Numbered from the stretch's first letter, positions 1 through 12,734 are shown. The stretch: 64,000 nucleotides of DNA from Malacoraja senta (GCA_038087875.1 CM075992.1:5334001-5398000); one strand, 5' to 3'. Notes: generated by a model from the sequence alone, not told the origin. A program made the numbers and translations.

Positions 1-66
1 GAGGCAGCGACTGCGATAAATCCCCTCGATGGAAGGAAGGTCAGAGCCGATGATGGACTGAGCAGT
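1..66 (-). mobile_element. Rex1/Babar-like LINE fragment (cut by window edge)
   Basis: Reverse complement matches about 21460-21525 of the Rex1-like element (TAQSIIGSDLPSIEGIY.SRCL). Confidence 0.75.
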
Positions 67-888
67 GGCCTTCTGGCAGTTTCAGTGATTGCAGATTAAA
101 CTTTTGCTACAAGATGTTGGACGTGTATTCATTGTGCTAGTCACAACAAGGTCTTAAGGAAGACATTACAAGCAAGAAGCCAGAATGGGTGAAGCATAGT
201 ACTTTTGACGAATGTTGCAGATACATCAAGGGGGCAGGAGATAATGGGAAGGATTTGTTGCCTGGGAACTCAACCAGGAAATGTATCTACAGTTACCGTG
301 CTGCCAAGGAAGGTGGAAGGATAGTCACTGGTTAATAAAATGTATGAACATACAGCAATAATTCCATTGAAATTTGAAAATATTACACCATGGTTATGTG
401 ATCATAGAAAACAGAAAATAGGTGCAGGAGGAGGCCATTCGGCCCTTTCAAGCCAGCACTGCATCATTAAGAATGTCCATCCCTGTCCACATACCTCCCT
501 TGGGAAGGCATTGAACATCCGAGTGAATGATGAGTCTTGAAAGCCCAGATGTAGTTTGCCAAGTGGTTTTACACATCAAATTCTGGGGAGGGCCGCTACC
601 TGGTACAGGTCTGCCCCCCAAGCAGGTTTCAAGGAGCGACCAGATGGTGATCAGAATCTAAAGGTGCTTAAAACCAATTGTGAAGATGAAAAAGAATGTG
701 CTGGTTTGATTTGTATTCATTGATAGGTTGATACCATCACACGTTTATTGTCCTTTCACCCAGCTGGTTTGTCAGACCAGTACTTTGCTGTAGTCCAGGT
801 GAATGAGCAAAATTGAATTTAAATATGAACTCCGTTCTCTGTATTTATTAGGCCTCTCTGGATTATTAATCCAGTTATTTGAACCACT

Positions 889-1095
889 GAAGATAAACAC
901 ATAATGCAGGAGTAACTCAGGCCAGCATTTCTGGAGAAAACAAATAGGTAACGTTCTGGGTCGGGTTGAAGAAGGGTCTCATCCCAAAATGTCACCTATT
1001 CCTTCTCTCCAGAGATGCTGCCTGTCCCGCTGAGTTACTCCAGCATTTTGTGTCTACCTTTGGTGTAAACCAGCATCTGCAGTTCCTCCCTCCAC
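889..1095. mobile_element. Head-to-head pair of PLE-derived terminal modules
   Basis: Minus-strand module (889-965) abuts plus-strand module (966-1095). Flanked by 12-bp TSD ATTTGAACCACT (877-888, 1096-1107). Confidence 0.75.
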
Positions 1096-1323
1096 ATTTG
1101 AACCACTATGTGATTATACCTTAAAACTGTTTAAGAAACAATTGTTTCAGTCTGAAGAAGGGTCTTGACCCGAAAAGTCACCCATTCCTACGCTCAATAG
1201 ATGCTGCCTCACCTGCTGCGTTTCTCCAGCATTTTTGTCTACCTTCATACTTTAAAATTGGGTCAGGTAGGACTTCAGCCCAAGGACAGGCCTTGGATAT
1301 AAGACTCAAGATAAGAATATATG

Positions 1324-1628
1324 GTAGACAAAAGTGCTGGAGAAACTCAGCGGGTGCGGCAACATCTATGGGGCGAAGGAAATAGGCAACGTTTCGGGCC
1401 GAAACCCTTCTTCAGACTGATGTAGGATGGGGGGGGGGGGGAGAAGAAGAAATTTAGAGGAGGAGCCAGAGGGCTGAGGGAGAGCTGAGAAGGGGAGGAG
1501 ACAGTGAGGGCTACCTGAAATTGGAGAAGTCAATGTTCATGCCGCTGGGGTAAAAACTGCCGAAGCGAAATATGAGGTGCTGCTCCTCCAATTTCCGGTG
1601 GTCCTCACTCTGGCCATGGAGGAGGCCC
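1324..1628 (-). mobile_element. Penelope-like element 3' fragment (GIY-YIG C-terminus + 3' terminal module)
   Basis: Reverse complement encodes GLLHGQSEDHRKLEEQHLIFRFGSFYPSGMNIDFSNFR* followed by the hammerhead module. 13-bp TSD ATAAGAATATATG (1311-1323, 1629-1641). Confidence 0.85.
1388..1415 (-). ncRNA. Minimal type I hammerhead ribozyme motif (PLE-associated)
   Basis: Reverse complement reads CTGAAGA-A-GGGT-TTCG-GCCC-GAAACGTT: intact core boxes, stem II, palindromic stem III. Confidence 0.7.
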
Positions 1629-1841
1629 ATAAGAATATATGATGCGATTATATAATTGAACACAGCTTTGTTTGCAAATGACAGCAAGTTATTTTTATTA
1701 CAAATATTTGAAATATATGGAATATTTTACTGGCATCCTTACACCTCCGAGCAGTGTAACCCTGAAAGTAGTCAACCTGCATAACAATATCCTTTGTCAA
1801 ACCCGATAGCATCAGCAAACCTTGCCTACAATTGACAGTGT

Positions 1842-2069
1842 GGGAAAATTCCACCCAATTCCGGAGCAATTGCCACCCGCATCAAACAATTGTGTTTCTA
1901 GATTGTTCAAAGGAAAAGAAATGGGTGTTTCTTTTCGGGCAAAAAAACCCAGCATGCAAAGCCAACGTCCATTGAAGCAGTGACAGAACGAGGAAGTGTT
2001 TATAAATACATGTAGAATAAAAGAACTCGTAATCTCTATACTGAATATCCTCCCTCACCTGTGTCTACG
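1842..2069 (+). promoter_or_regulatory. Candidate TATA promoter with NF-kB-like and PU.1/ETS sites and short non-coding first exon
   Basis: GGGAAAATTCC 1842-1852, CCAAT 1855-1859, GAGGAAGTG 1990-1998, TATAAATA 2001-2008, donor ACG|GTGAGT after 2069. Lies in sequence with no recognisable repeat. Confidence 0.35.
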
Positions 2070-2681
2070 GTGAGTTTTGTTGCTACAGGTATTTTTGTAA
2101 AGATAATGATAGCCTATTAAATAAATGGATCAAACAAAAAAAAAAAGAAATGATATTGTCCTTCTGGCATTAAAATTCCACTTTGATCATGCACACATGT
2201 AGATCTTCAAGCATTATGTGGCTGGCATATTTCCAACATGCCTACAGGGCACTGTGTCTATTATGCCTGGAGGGCTAGAAACCTGCTGAGTGCTTTAACC
2301 TTCACTAGAAGCAACTAAGGGTTGTCAATTTTTGTTATGTATTCCAGAGATTTCAGCACCTGCCGACACCCGCACTCCAATATTGGTTACTGAACCCAGC
2401 CGTTTATAATTTATCATTCATAAGCACTTGCCAGGCTTTGTCCCACCCGCACCTCTTTCCCAAATTTGTTCGCCCACCCCCACTGCAATCTGTCTGAAGA
2501 AGGATCCCCACCCGAAACTTTGCCTATCCATGTCATAGAACACAAAACATTGAACAGTACAGCACAGGAACAGTCCCTTTGGCCCAGCGTCTGTGCCGAA
2601 TAGAATGCCAAGTAAAAATGATCTCTTCTTGCTGTACATGATCCACATCCCTCTATTCGTTGCAGTTCCATGTGCTTATCA

Positions 2682-2999
2682 GTCACGGTGGCGTGGCGGT
2701 AGAGTTGCTGCCCTACAGCGAATGTAGACCCGGGTTCGATCCCGACTACGGGTGCTGTCTGTACGGAGTTTGTACGTTTCTCCCCGTGACCTGCGTGGGT
2801 TTTCTCCGAGATCCTCGGTTTCCTCCCACACTCCAAAGATTTACAGGTATGTAGGTTAATTGGCTTGGTAAATGTAAAAATTGGCCCCAGTGGGTGTAGG
2901 ATGGTGTTAATATGCGGGAATCGCTGGTCGGCGTGGACTCGGTGGGCCGAAGGGCCTGTTTCCGTGCTGTATCTCTAAACTAAACTAAACTAAACTAAA
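2682..2999 (+). mobile_element. HE1-like V-SINE (tRNA head, V domain, CR1-derived tail)
   Basis: A box-like TGGCGTGGCGG, B box GGTTCGATCCC, V-domain GGAGTTTGTACGTT..CCCCGTG, tail GGGCCGAAGGGCCTGTTTCC...(CTAAA)n. Inserted in a CR1 fragment. Confidence 0.85.
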
Positions 3000-4626
3000 A
3001 CCTCTGAAATGCCACAACCACCCCTGGCAATGCATTCCAGCCATCCCACTCCCCCCCCCCCCCAACATGTCCTCCAGAGATGCTGCCTGACCCTGCTGAG
3101 TTACTCCAGCACATTGTGGTTTTTTCGTAAACCAGCATCTGCAGTTCCTTGTGTCTACATTCCTAATCGTCCAGCAGGTACTGATCATCTTCAAGGCAAG
3201 GGATTTGACCAGTCCAAACCCTTTCCCACACCCACTGTCCCATCACCTTATATTTGTACAACCATCAGAAATGTTGAAAGGATTATTTTAATGACCAAAT
3301 GGCCTACTCCCGCACCTATTGTCTAATATATGATTTTTCACCTGTGTTTCATTAGTAATAGGGAGATGTAGACTTTAATTCTGAGTGATTTCAAATTATC
3401 CCTGGAGGATAATCTGGAAAAAATTACAAGTTTATGTTCTGTTTGATAGGCATTTACTAATTAAACATTCATTGCCCTGCACCACAGGTACACAGTGGAT
3501 GCAGTATGCGCTGTCTACAAAATACACAGCCATTACTCCACTAGGGTACTCAGGCAGCACCCACCAGCCTCCCAAGTCTAACGAAATGTCCCAACTCAAA
3601 ACATCACATATCCACGTTCTCCAGAGATGCTGCCTGACCCGCTGAGTTACTTCAGCGCTTTGTGCCTTGTTTTGTTGTAAAACCAACTTTTGCAGTTCCT
3701 TTTATCCACCTCCCAACCTCTACCACCTTGAGGGACAAGGCATCAGGAGTATGGAAACACCATCTCTCCAAGTCAAGCATTTATCTATAAGCAGAGGGCA
3801 TAAGGCAAGAATAAGAGATTTAGAATGGATATGAGGAAGATTTTTTTTACCGTGGGTGGTTGTCTGAGAGGGTGGTAAAGACAGAGACTCTCACAATATT
3901 TAAATAGTATCCAGATAAGCACTTGACTCACCAAAACTTACAAGGCTATGGGTCAGGTGCTGGTAAATGTATACATGAGGGTCAGCATGGACAGGGTGGG
4001 TGATTGGACCAGTAACCCAGCTTACATGGAGATGTTCCCAGACTGATAAAAAATAAATGGCTCCGGTTACAATGGGGAAGCAGGCACTGAGTGGGGTGCA
4101 GTTTTGACACAAAGGATGTATGAAAATCCAGAGTACACTGAGTTGGCAGCATGACTCTCTTTCCTGAGATCGTTCCTCTCTCCTGCCCAATGGGTGGTCA
4201 AATGAGGGGAAGATTCCAAAGGGATGGGAGGGACTGAATCCGAGATTGCCACGAATAAACTTAAATTACATTGGAATATAATGAAAGCCTGGGGAAATGT
4301 CCCTCTAAACAGTTAGTTTCTGCTAACTAGGCACAGCTGGATTCTATTTAATAACTGCAAAATTAACTGTAAAACTGATTGCATTCCTAGCCTCTCTGGG
4401 ATTCCTTAAACAAGGCTTCAAGTTTCCATTTACTATTTCTCCTCTCTTTTTCCAGAGAACAGACAGACACCCTGTCTCCTTAGGCGGAGGTCGGCTTGAG
4501 TAGGCAAATTAGAAAATATACCGAGAGATGAGACCGAGTTTTTAGCTCTCTGCATAGCCCTGTGGAAAGGGCTTCCAATGAGTCGCTGCTTTATGTCATC
4601 ACACTGAGACTGAGGGGGTGCCTACT

Positions 4627-4913
4627 GGGGGTGGCGCAGCGGTAGAGCTCCTGCCTTACAGCACCAGAGACCAGGGTTCGATCCTGACCACGGGTGCTGT
4701 CTGTATGGAGTTTGCATGTTCTCCCCAGGACCTGCGTGGGGTTGCTCCAGTTTCCACACTCCAAAGACGTACAGGTTTGCAGGCTAATTGATTTGGTAAA
4801 ATTGTTAATTGTCCCTAGTGTACATAGGATAGCGTTAGTGTGCGGGGATCGCTGGTCGGCTGGGACTCAATGGGCCAAGGGGCCTATTTCCGCGCTGTAT
4901 CTCAAAACTAAAC
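4627..4913 (+). mobile_element. HE1-like SINE
   Basis: Same A/B boxes, V domain and tail as 2682-2999. Confidence 0.85.
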
Positions 4914-5199
4914 GAAATCATTGCAGGTCTGTGCAAAACTGATTGCGATGGCCAGAGGGTGTACTGATCAGCATCAATATGTAGGATTTCATATTTAGGT
5001 TTTAGAGTTATAGTCATGCAGCGTGGAAACAGGCCCTTCAGCCCAACTTGCCCACACCGACCACCCCTCCGGTTCCGATTAAATCCTTCCGCCCTCACCT
5101 TCTTTGTGCATGATGCAATGATATGCAGAAGCACCGGGCATCCTTGGTGTTGTGCAGTGATATGTAGCTGCAATATAGTACCTGTTATCACAAATAGAC

Positions 5200-6130
5200 A
5201 GAAGGGCAACATTCGTGGAATGAGATAAAACACCAAGAGTTCTGCCTTTCGTGACCAGTATAGATCACACAGAGTGGGATAAACACGTGGCTGAAGCCGG
5301 TTTCTTTTTGAATGACTTGGACGTAAATGTAGATGGGTCGGTGAGTAAGTGTGCAAAATTGGAGCAGTTGCACACGGTGAGGAAGGCAGTCAGAAGATAG
5401 AATGGGATATCTGCAGATGAACTGCAGAAATAGGCGGAGAAATGGCAGCTGGAGATTAATCCGAACAAGTGTGAGGCATAGGAGGTTGAATGTAAGGAAA
5501 GAGTATTTGCAGCACAATGGCGCAGCGGTAGACTCGCTGCCTTACTCCTCCAGAGACGCGGGTTTGATCCCGACTATGGGCGCTGTTTGTACAAAGTTTG
5601 TATTTTGTCCACGTGACCGCATAGGTTTTCTCCGGGTGCTCCGGTTTCCACCCACGCACCAAACACATACAGGTTTGTAGGTTAATTGGCTTTGGTAAAA
5701 ATTGTAAATTCTCCCTGGTGTGTAAGATAGTGTTAGTGTACGGGGTGATCGTTGGTCGGCGTGGACGGTGGGCTGAAGGGTCTGTTTCCGCACCATATCT
5801 CTAAAACTAAAAGTTTACACCAAATGGCAAGACCCGTAACAGTGTTCATGTGCATAGGGATCTTGGAGTCCAAGTTCGCAGCTCACTGAAGGTGTGGATA
5901 GGATGGTAAAGAAGGCATATGGTATCCTTGACGTCATTGCTAGGGGCATTGAGTATAAGTCAGGAAGACATGATGTAGCTTAATAAGACTTTAATTCAGC
6001 CACATTTGGAATAATGTGTGCCGTTCTGGTCACCTCATTACAGGAAAGATGTGGAGGCTTTGGTCAGGGTGCAGATGAGGTTTACCCGAATGCTGCCTGG
6101 ATTACAGGGAGAGGTTGGCTAAACTTGTTT
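5200..6130 (+). mobile_element. Degenerate CR1 LINE RT-region fragment interrupted by HE1 SINE (5510-5812)
   Basis: Remnants similar to the 18-19 kb CR1 (ND-LD, QL..WAEKWQL.IN..KCE, RPHLE.CV.FWSPHYRKD). Confidence 0.75.
5510..5812 (+). mobile_element. HE1-like SINE
   Basis: Full head-to-tail similarity to the other copies. Confidence 0.85.
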
Positions 6131-6607
6131 ATGTCTTATTATCATTAATGTCTTATTATTATTAATGTTTAGTGTTTTCTGAGTCACTCGTAACTGTCAC
6201 TGTATGTCATGTTGTTACTTGTGGGCGGAGCACCAAGGCAAATTTCTTGTATGTGAATACTTGGCCAATAAACTTACTTACTTCCTTTCTCTGGAACATC
6301 AGAGGTTATAGTAGCCAAGGGGAAAGACTGGGCAAGCTAGTGTTGCTCTTCTAATAGGGGTGGCTGCAAGAAAATCTGTCATTTAAAATCATGAACGATA
6401 CAAGCAGAGAAGATAGAGAGAAAATGGGTCCATTGGTGGAGACATCTAGAATCAAGAGACATATTGTAGGAAGAAGTGACAAGCAAAATATACAAAATCT
6501 ACCAAGGTCGAGTTTTTCTTTGCCCAGCAAGATGTTAGGGTCTGAGCTACCCTTGCAGGGGAAGAGTGGAGGGACATTTTATTGTAGTGTTCGATGGGGA
6601 TCTGGAT

Positions 6608-6919
6608 AGGTTTGGAGATACAGTGTGGGAACAGGCCCTTCAGCCCATCAAGTCTGCACCTACCAACGATCGCCCATACACTAGTTCTATGTAATCCCAG
6701 TTTCACATCCTGCACAAGATGGGCAATTTACAGAGACCAATTAACCTACAAGCTCGCACTGGTTGGGGATGTGGGAGGAAACCGGTGCACCCGGAGGAAA
6801 CCCACGCGGTCACAGGGAGAATGTGCAAACTCTACACAACATAGCACCCGAGGTCAGGATGGAGCCCAAGTCTCTGGCTCTGTGAGGCAGCAACTCTACC
6901 GTTGCTCCACCATACCCCC
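6608..6919 (-). mobile_element. HE1-like SINE
   Basis: Reverse-complement match to the family. Confidence 0.8.
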
Positions 6920-7392
6920 CTAAGTCTCTGAAGGGAAAGAGTTTGCAGGACTATGGGGAGTGCAGTGAGTGGGATAATTATTACATGGGGGCCGTATGTA
7001 CTCAATGATCCGTGTTGTAACCATTCTGTGATTTGAAAATAAAAATAACAAAAAGCAGGAGTAGGCAGAGATCCAGCCAGGCTCCTGCAGTCCCTGTAGT
7101 GTTTGCGACAGCTCTGTCTGCAGCTTCCCTGCCTGCTGCTCTGAAGTCTGTGTTCACTTCTGCTCCTTAAGTGCAATTAATCCTCGTCTCCACACACTGT
7201 GTGTTCTCGCCCGCTTTCCCACATAAATCACTGGGATCGAGAGTGGTAAAGTCATCACATTCACATCCCGCCCGAGCCGCTCTCTGAGCTGATCCAGGAG
7301 GGTGATCACAGAGGCGTAGCACGAGCTTCAGTGTGCACAGGACCCAGCTACACATGGCGTGCACTGTCCTTGCCACATACTGTAGAATGTTC

Positions 7393-8318
7393 ACAGTAAC
7401 ATGGACAGTGCTGTACAGTAACATGGGCAGTACTGTACAGTAATATGGGTAGTACTGTACAGTAACATGGGTAGTACCATACAGTAACATGGGCAGTGCT
7501 GTACAGTAACATGGACAGTACTGTACAGTAATATGGGTAGTACTATACAGTAACATGGGCAGTGCTGTACAGTAACATGGGCAGTACTGTACAGTAATAT
7601 GGGTAGTACCATACAGTAACATGGGCAGTACTATGCAGTAATACGGACAGTACTGTACAGTAATATGGACAGTACTATAATAATAATAATAATAATAATA
7701 TATTTTATTGTCATTGCACAGAGGTACAACGAGATTTGGTATGCAGCTTCCATCCGATATAATAACTTAATCAACTAAAAATGTAGACACCCAGAGAAAC
7801 AAGATTTTTTTTAAAACAGTAAAACAGTATAAAGCGCAAATAGGTCTGTGCCGGGTCGATGTGCGACGTGACCATCCGACCCATACAGTACCATCTGACC
7901 ATGTACAGTAACATGGGCAGTACTGTACAGTAACATGGGCAGTACTATACAGTAACATGGGCAGTACTGTACGGTAACATGGGCAGTACTATACAGTAAC
8001 ATGGGCAGTACTGTACGGTAACATGGGCAGTACTATACAGTAACATGGGCAGTAATATGCAGTAACATGGGCAGTACTGTACGGTAACATGGGCAGTATT
8101 GTACAGTAACATGGGCAGTAATATGCAGTAACATGGGCAGTACTGTACAGTAACATGGGCAGTACCTTACAGTAACATGGGCAGTACTGTACAGTAATAT
8201 GGGCAGTACCATACAGTAACATGGGCAGTACCATACAGTAACATGGGCAGTACTGTACAGTAACATGGGCAGTACTGTACAGTAACATGGGCAGTACTGT
8301 ACGGTAACATGGACAGTG
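7393..8318. repeat. 22-bp minisatellite (CAGTAACATGGGCAGTACTGTA)n, about 32 units in two blocks
   Basis: Blocks at about 7393-7678 and 7903-8318, split by an about 225-bp insert ((TAA)n plus a LINE-like 3' end on the minus strand). Confidence 0.95.
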
Positions 8319-8612
8319 CAGTATCTCTTGCTCCCTCACAGTGCAAGGGACTTAGGTTTAATCCTGACCTCGGGTGCTGCCTGTGTGGAGTTTGCACGTT
8401 CTCCGTGTGTGTCTGCGTGGGTTCCCAAAAGGTGCTTGGGTTTCCTCCCATATCCCAAAGACGTGCGGTTGTAGATTAATTGGCCTCTGTAAATTGACCC
8501 TAGTGTGTAGGGGGTAGATGCGAAAGCGGGATAATAGGGATTGATGGTCGACGTGGACTCGGTGGGCCGAGGGGCCTGTTTTTGTGCTGTACCCCTAAAA
8601 GTAAAATCAAAA
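8315..8612 (+). mobile_element. HE1-like SINE with 5' head abutting the minisatellite
   Basis: V domain GTGTGGAGTTTGCACGTTCTCC and tail GGTGGGCCGAGGGGCCTGTT. Confidence 0.8.
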
Positions 8613-8644
8613 ACTACATGCTACTTCAAAATGTAGGTTGCCAC

Positions 8645-8950
8645 ACGTGCGACATAGAAACATGTAATGTGCAATGTATGCTACACGGAAACATGCAGCC
8701 TTCCACCCATGCAACACAGGGACATGCAATGTAAAGCCTATGCTACACAGAAACATGCATATGGCACTGAAACATACAGTGTTCAGTCACATAATGAAGC
8801 TCATGCTACAATACAAACACACAGTGTAAAGAGGCATCATCTACAGCCAAACCACATAGAAATATGATACGTCATACTTTGAAATACACAGTGCAGATCA
8901 TAACAGATAAAAACATGTCATGTTAAGACCATATCACATAGAAATACAAA
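8645..8950. repeat. Degenerate about 30-bp tandem repeat (ATGCTACACAGAAACATGCAATGT-like)
   Basis: Recurring atgcNacacNgaaacatgca motif at about 30-bp spacing. Confidence 0.6.
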
Positions 8951-9555
8951 AAGTGCTGGAGTAACTCAGCAGGGCAAGCAGCATCTGCGGAAGGAATAGA
9001 CAGATGCCGTTTCGGGTTTGGACCCTTCTTCAGACCGGCTCCTTGCTCTTGTACTCCATGCCCTCATTAATGAACCTCAAGATACTGTGTGCATTTTAAA
9101 TCACTTTCTCAAGTGACCCCAACAGTTTCAGTGAATTATGAAAATACACTCCCGGATCTGAACAGGGAACATAAAACAGTGCAGGCATACCTCCCTCAGC
9201 CCTCGGGCTCCTCCTCCTCCTTTTTCCTTTCTTCTCCCCCCCCCCCCCCCCCCCCCCCACCCTCCGAAAAGGGTTTCGGCCCGAAACGTTGCCTATTTCC
9301 TTCGCTCCATAGATGCTGCTGCACCCGCTGAGTTTCTCCAGCACTTTTGTCTACCATAGAACAGTCCAGCACAGGAACAGGCCCTTCAGCCCCCAATATC
9401 CATACTGAACATGATGCCAAATTAAACTAATCTCCTCAGCCTGTATGTGATTCATATCCCTCCATATATAATGTTTAGGACTAGTGTTAAATGCCCTATT
9501 TTGCATGTTTTTTATGTTAACTTACATTTTCATATTCTTGATCACTTCCACTCAG

Positions 9556-9817
9556 GGATAAAATGGCTTGTGGACTGCCTCCGTTACACAGAGAATCACC
9601 ACTCATTAACATTCTTTTGGGCATTTGGGATATTCTGGAATACTTACTGCATTCGAGGTTTGCTCTCTGATGTTGACACGTTCTTCAGCTACTTGAAAAG
9701 TACTTTGGCAAGAAGTTACTATCAACAAACAGGAAACTGTTACAACTCTGCACCCATAATACACCCAGCGTTGATGAACACAGAGTGTGGAGTTTCACCA
9801 GCAACAGCAACCAGCAT
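9556..9817 (+). other. Weak candidate internal exon
   Basis: Acceptor cttccactcag|, strong donor CAT|GTGAGT, one open frame (IKWLVDCLRY...SPATATS). No recognisable homology. Confidence 0.25.
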
Positions 9818-10091
9818 GTGAGTTGTGAAAGTTTAATCAATCCCAGAGTTGTCACTGCTGCAAAGCTCAGTCTACAAAGGGATGTAATCCCTATCCTAAG
9901 GACAAAATTCCTTTCCATTCATTCACATTGCACAGAAATGTAGTGAAAGCACTTTGGATCACAGGCAATTTGTTTCTATGCCGATTAATGATAGACCTGT
10001 ACAAATATTAGATTTGTGACAAGCTGTACACATCTTCCAGGATAAATTTACAATGAATTATTTAAAGCCTGGAAAAGAGTTGCCTATTAGA

Positions 10092-10308
10092 CATGAGGTA
10101 CTATCTACCTCATTGGTGACCTTGGACTATCTTTGATCAGACTTTGCTGGCTTTACCTTGCACTAAGCGTTATTCCCTTATCATGTATCTGTATACTGTA
10201 AATAGCTCGATTGTAATCATGTATTGTCTTTCCACTGACTGGATAGCATGCAACAAAGGCTTTTCACTGTACCTCAGTATACGTGACAACGAGTTAAACT
10301 GAACTGAA
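10092..10308 (+). mobile_element. LINE 3' UTR (Rex1-like tail)
   Basis: Ends ...TTTTCACTGTACCTCAGTATACGTGACAA...(CTGAA)n, the same tail architecture as the Rex1-like element at 21285-21900. Confidence 0.55.
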
Positions 10309-10409
10309 CAGAACTAATTCTCTGGTACACAAAAATGCTGGAGAAACTCAGCGGGTGCAGCAGCATCTATGGAGCGAACTGACACGCCAATAATCCCTTC
10401 TTCTTCAAA

Positions 10410-10712
10410 TTAGTTTAGTTTAGTTTGGAGATACAGCATGGAAATAGGCCCATTGAGTCCACACTGACCAATGATCACCCGTCCACACTAGTTCTATGTT
10501 ATTTTATTTTCACATCCACATCCTACACACTAGGCCAATTTTACAGACACCAATTAACCTACAAAGTCACACGCCTTTGTGTCATGGGAAGAAACCAGAG
10601 CACCCAAAGGAAACCCAAGTGGTCACAGGGAGAACGTGCAAACTCCATGCTGACAGCACCTGAGGTCAGGATCGAACCTGGGTCTGTGATGCAGCAGCAC
10701 TACTACCTGCAC
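10410..10712 (-). mobile_element. HE1-like SINE
   Basis: (TTTAG)n tail and reverse-complement body. Confidence 0.8.
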
Positions 10713-11190
10713 CTTTATTCTCATGTTCAAGGCTGCGGCTTACAGAACATGGTTACGCTTACAAGAAGATGAAACTGGTTTTGCATTTCTCTGGCCTGGG
10801 GAAGCTGGTAACATGAGCTGACAGGGTTTCACAATACTGGAGTACAGAAAGGCTTTAAAGTAAAAATATAACCTGTAGGCTATAGTATCTGTGTTAAAAG
10901 ATTGTAAGAAAAAAAGACATTTCTTCAGCGAAAATAGTTTCAGGTAACTGAACTCTGTGAAGAGATTATGAGGTCAGTGAGAAAACAAGCCAACATCTGT
11001 TGGAATTAATTTCATTCTGCATTAAGTTGCTAAGAGGGTTGAGTAGTTTGTGGGGTAGTGTTTTCTTACCATTTACACTGGGCTTCCATGTGCATCGACA
11101 GCCTCTTACTTGTCCCTAACCATACAGAGGAATGCTCATGTCTTCTCCCAACATTCTCTTCATTACTCTTTACACCATTTCAGTTTTGCC

Positions 11191-11337
11191 TAGTTTAGTT
11201 TAGTTTAGAGATACAGCACGGAAACAGGCCCTTCGGCCCACCGAGTCCATGCAGACCAGCGATCCCCGCACACCAGCACTATCCTACACTCTCGGGGCAA
11301 TTTACAATTTGTATTGAAGCCAATTAACCGACAAAAC
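11191..11337 (-). mobile_element. HE1-like SINE, 3' half
   Basis: (TTTAG)n tail plus AGATACAGCACGGAAACAGGCCCTTCGGCCC. Confidence 0.8.
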
Positions 11338-11908
11338 TGAAGGTAGACACAAAATGCTGGAGTAACTCAGCGGGACAGGCAGCATCTCTGGAGAGAAGCA
11401 ATTCCGATTTTGTAGTTAAATAACCCTTCCCAAACGCACGTCTCCAGCATTGTGAGGCAGCAGCTCCACCACAGATATTGTACAAAAGAGCCCCGCTCAA
11501 TTAGAAGGAGCTTTGACCTAAACCTTTCTCTGTAACCCAGAGATGCCAGGGAGTAATATCATGTCCATTTGTAGCTGGGTGTGGAAATGTACATTAGGAA
11601 ACACTTGTAAGTTAGTGTAATTATGAAAATTATACAGACAACAAAAGATGCTCAAGGCCTTTGCAAACAATTTTGCAAAACATGCTTTATATATTGCACA
11701 ACTCCTGTTTCTTTTATTGATGTAATATGGCCCCTTAACTCTGAATCAGATATTTTCAGGCTTTTTAAGCCTTGCTGGTTATTCAACTCAAAGAAAAACA
11801 GGAAGTGGAATAATTTGCAACAATTGACATTGGCTAAGGTTTTTGTCCCGTGAAACAATATACTCTTTGTTTACTCATTCGGAATGTGCGAAGCTTTATA
11901 CTTTCATA

Positions 11909-12232
11909 TTTCCAGGGCCTCCTCCACTGTCAGAGTGAGGCCCAGTGCAAATTGGAGGAACAGCACCTCATATTTCGCTTGGGCAGCTTACACCCCCAGC
12001 GGTATGAATATTGACTTCTCTAACTTCAAGTAGCCCTTGCTTTCCCTCTCTCTCCATCCCCTCCCCCTTCCCAGTTCTCCCACCAGTCTTACTGTCTCCG
12101 AATACATTCTATCTCTGTCCCCGCCCATTCCCCTGACATCAGTTTGGTCTCAACCCAAAACGTCACCCATTCCTTCTCTCCAGAGATGCTGCCTGTCCCG
12201 CTGAGTTACTCCAGCATTTTGTGTCTACCCAA
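11909..12232 (+). mobile_element. PLE 3' fragment (GIY-YIG C-terminus + terminal module)
   Basis: GLLHCQSEAQCKLEEQHLIFRLGSL.P/SGMNIDFSNFK*. Possible TSD ACTTTCATA (11900-11908, 12233-12241). Confidence 0.8.
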
Positions 12233-12734
12233 ACTTTCATAAGAGTTTCGTTGCCTCAGGTGTCTATTGATTGGGGGAAACCATATCCATTGTACAGTAC
12301 AACTGTTCTCCCTGATTCCTGGCTTCAATGAGGTCCCCCCTCATTCTTCTGAGGCCAGGTGCCTTCAAACGCTCATCATATGTTAACCAAGTCACAGCCC
12401 AGTACTCACAAAGCTACTGAGGATGGGAGAAGGTTGCAATGTTGGTAGTGGATCGGTGGTGGTGGGGGGGATTTTTGGAAAGAGTGCTGAGGTGTCTGCA
12501 CTGAAGAACAGAGCACACAGCAGGCAGCCTCCTCTGCAAAGAATATTGGTAGCAGGAAGTTGCCAGAGGACTGTCTGTGAAGGGTTGAGTGCCTTCACAC
12601 TTTGGGATCCTGCAGTCTGACCAAATGTCCCTAGCAGATGTGAATGCAAAGTTGCATCGATCAAAAGATGCAAGTTCTCCATTTCACTGTTAGATTTACT
12701 TGTCTTCTGTGAAGAAGATACTTATTTTTCAAAA

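Noticed and set aside
495..657. Minus-strand exon (tttag|...GAG|GTATGT, open frame ILITIWSLLE...CLPKG)
   Set aside because: Splice signals are plausible but there is no recognisable homology and no partner exon; not supportable.
2682..2760. tRNA genes (A/B boxes here and in about 15 other places)
   Set aside because: Always followed by V-domain and CR1-like tail, so these are SINE heads; no complete cloverleaf seen.
7393..8318. CRISPR-like array, or Cys/Tyr-rich repeat proteins (ORFs 7167-8451)
   Set aside because: Units are contiguous 22-mers with no unique spacers and no cas genes, in a vertebrate context. The ORFs are translations of the minisatellite.
1990..9660. Assignment of the candidate promoter to IL1B, NOS2 or a chemokine
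   Set aside because: No downstream exon translates into anything resembling these proteins.
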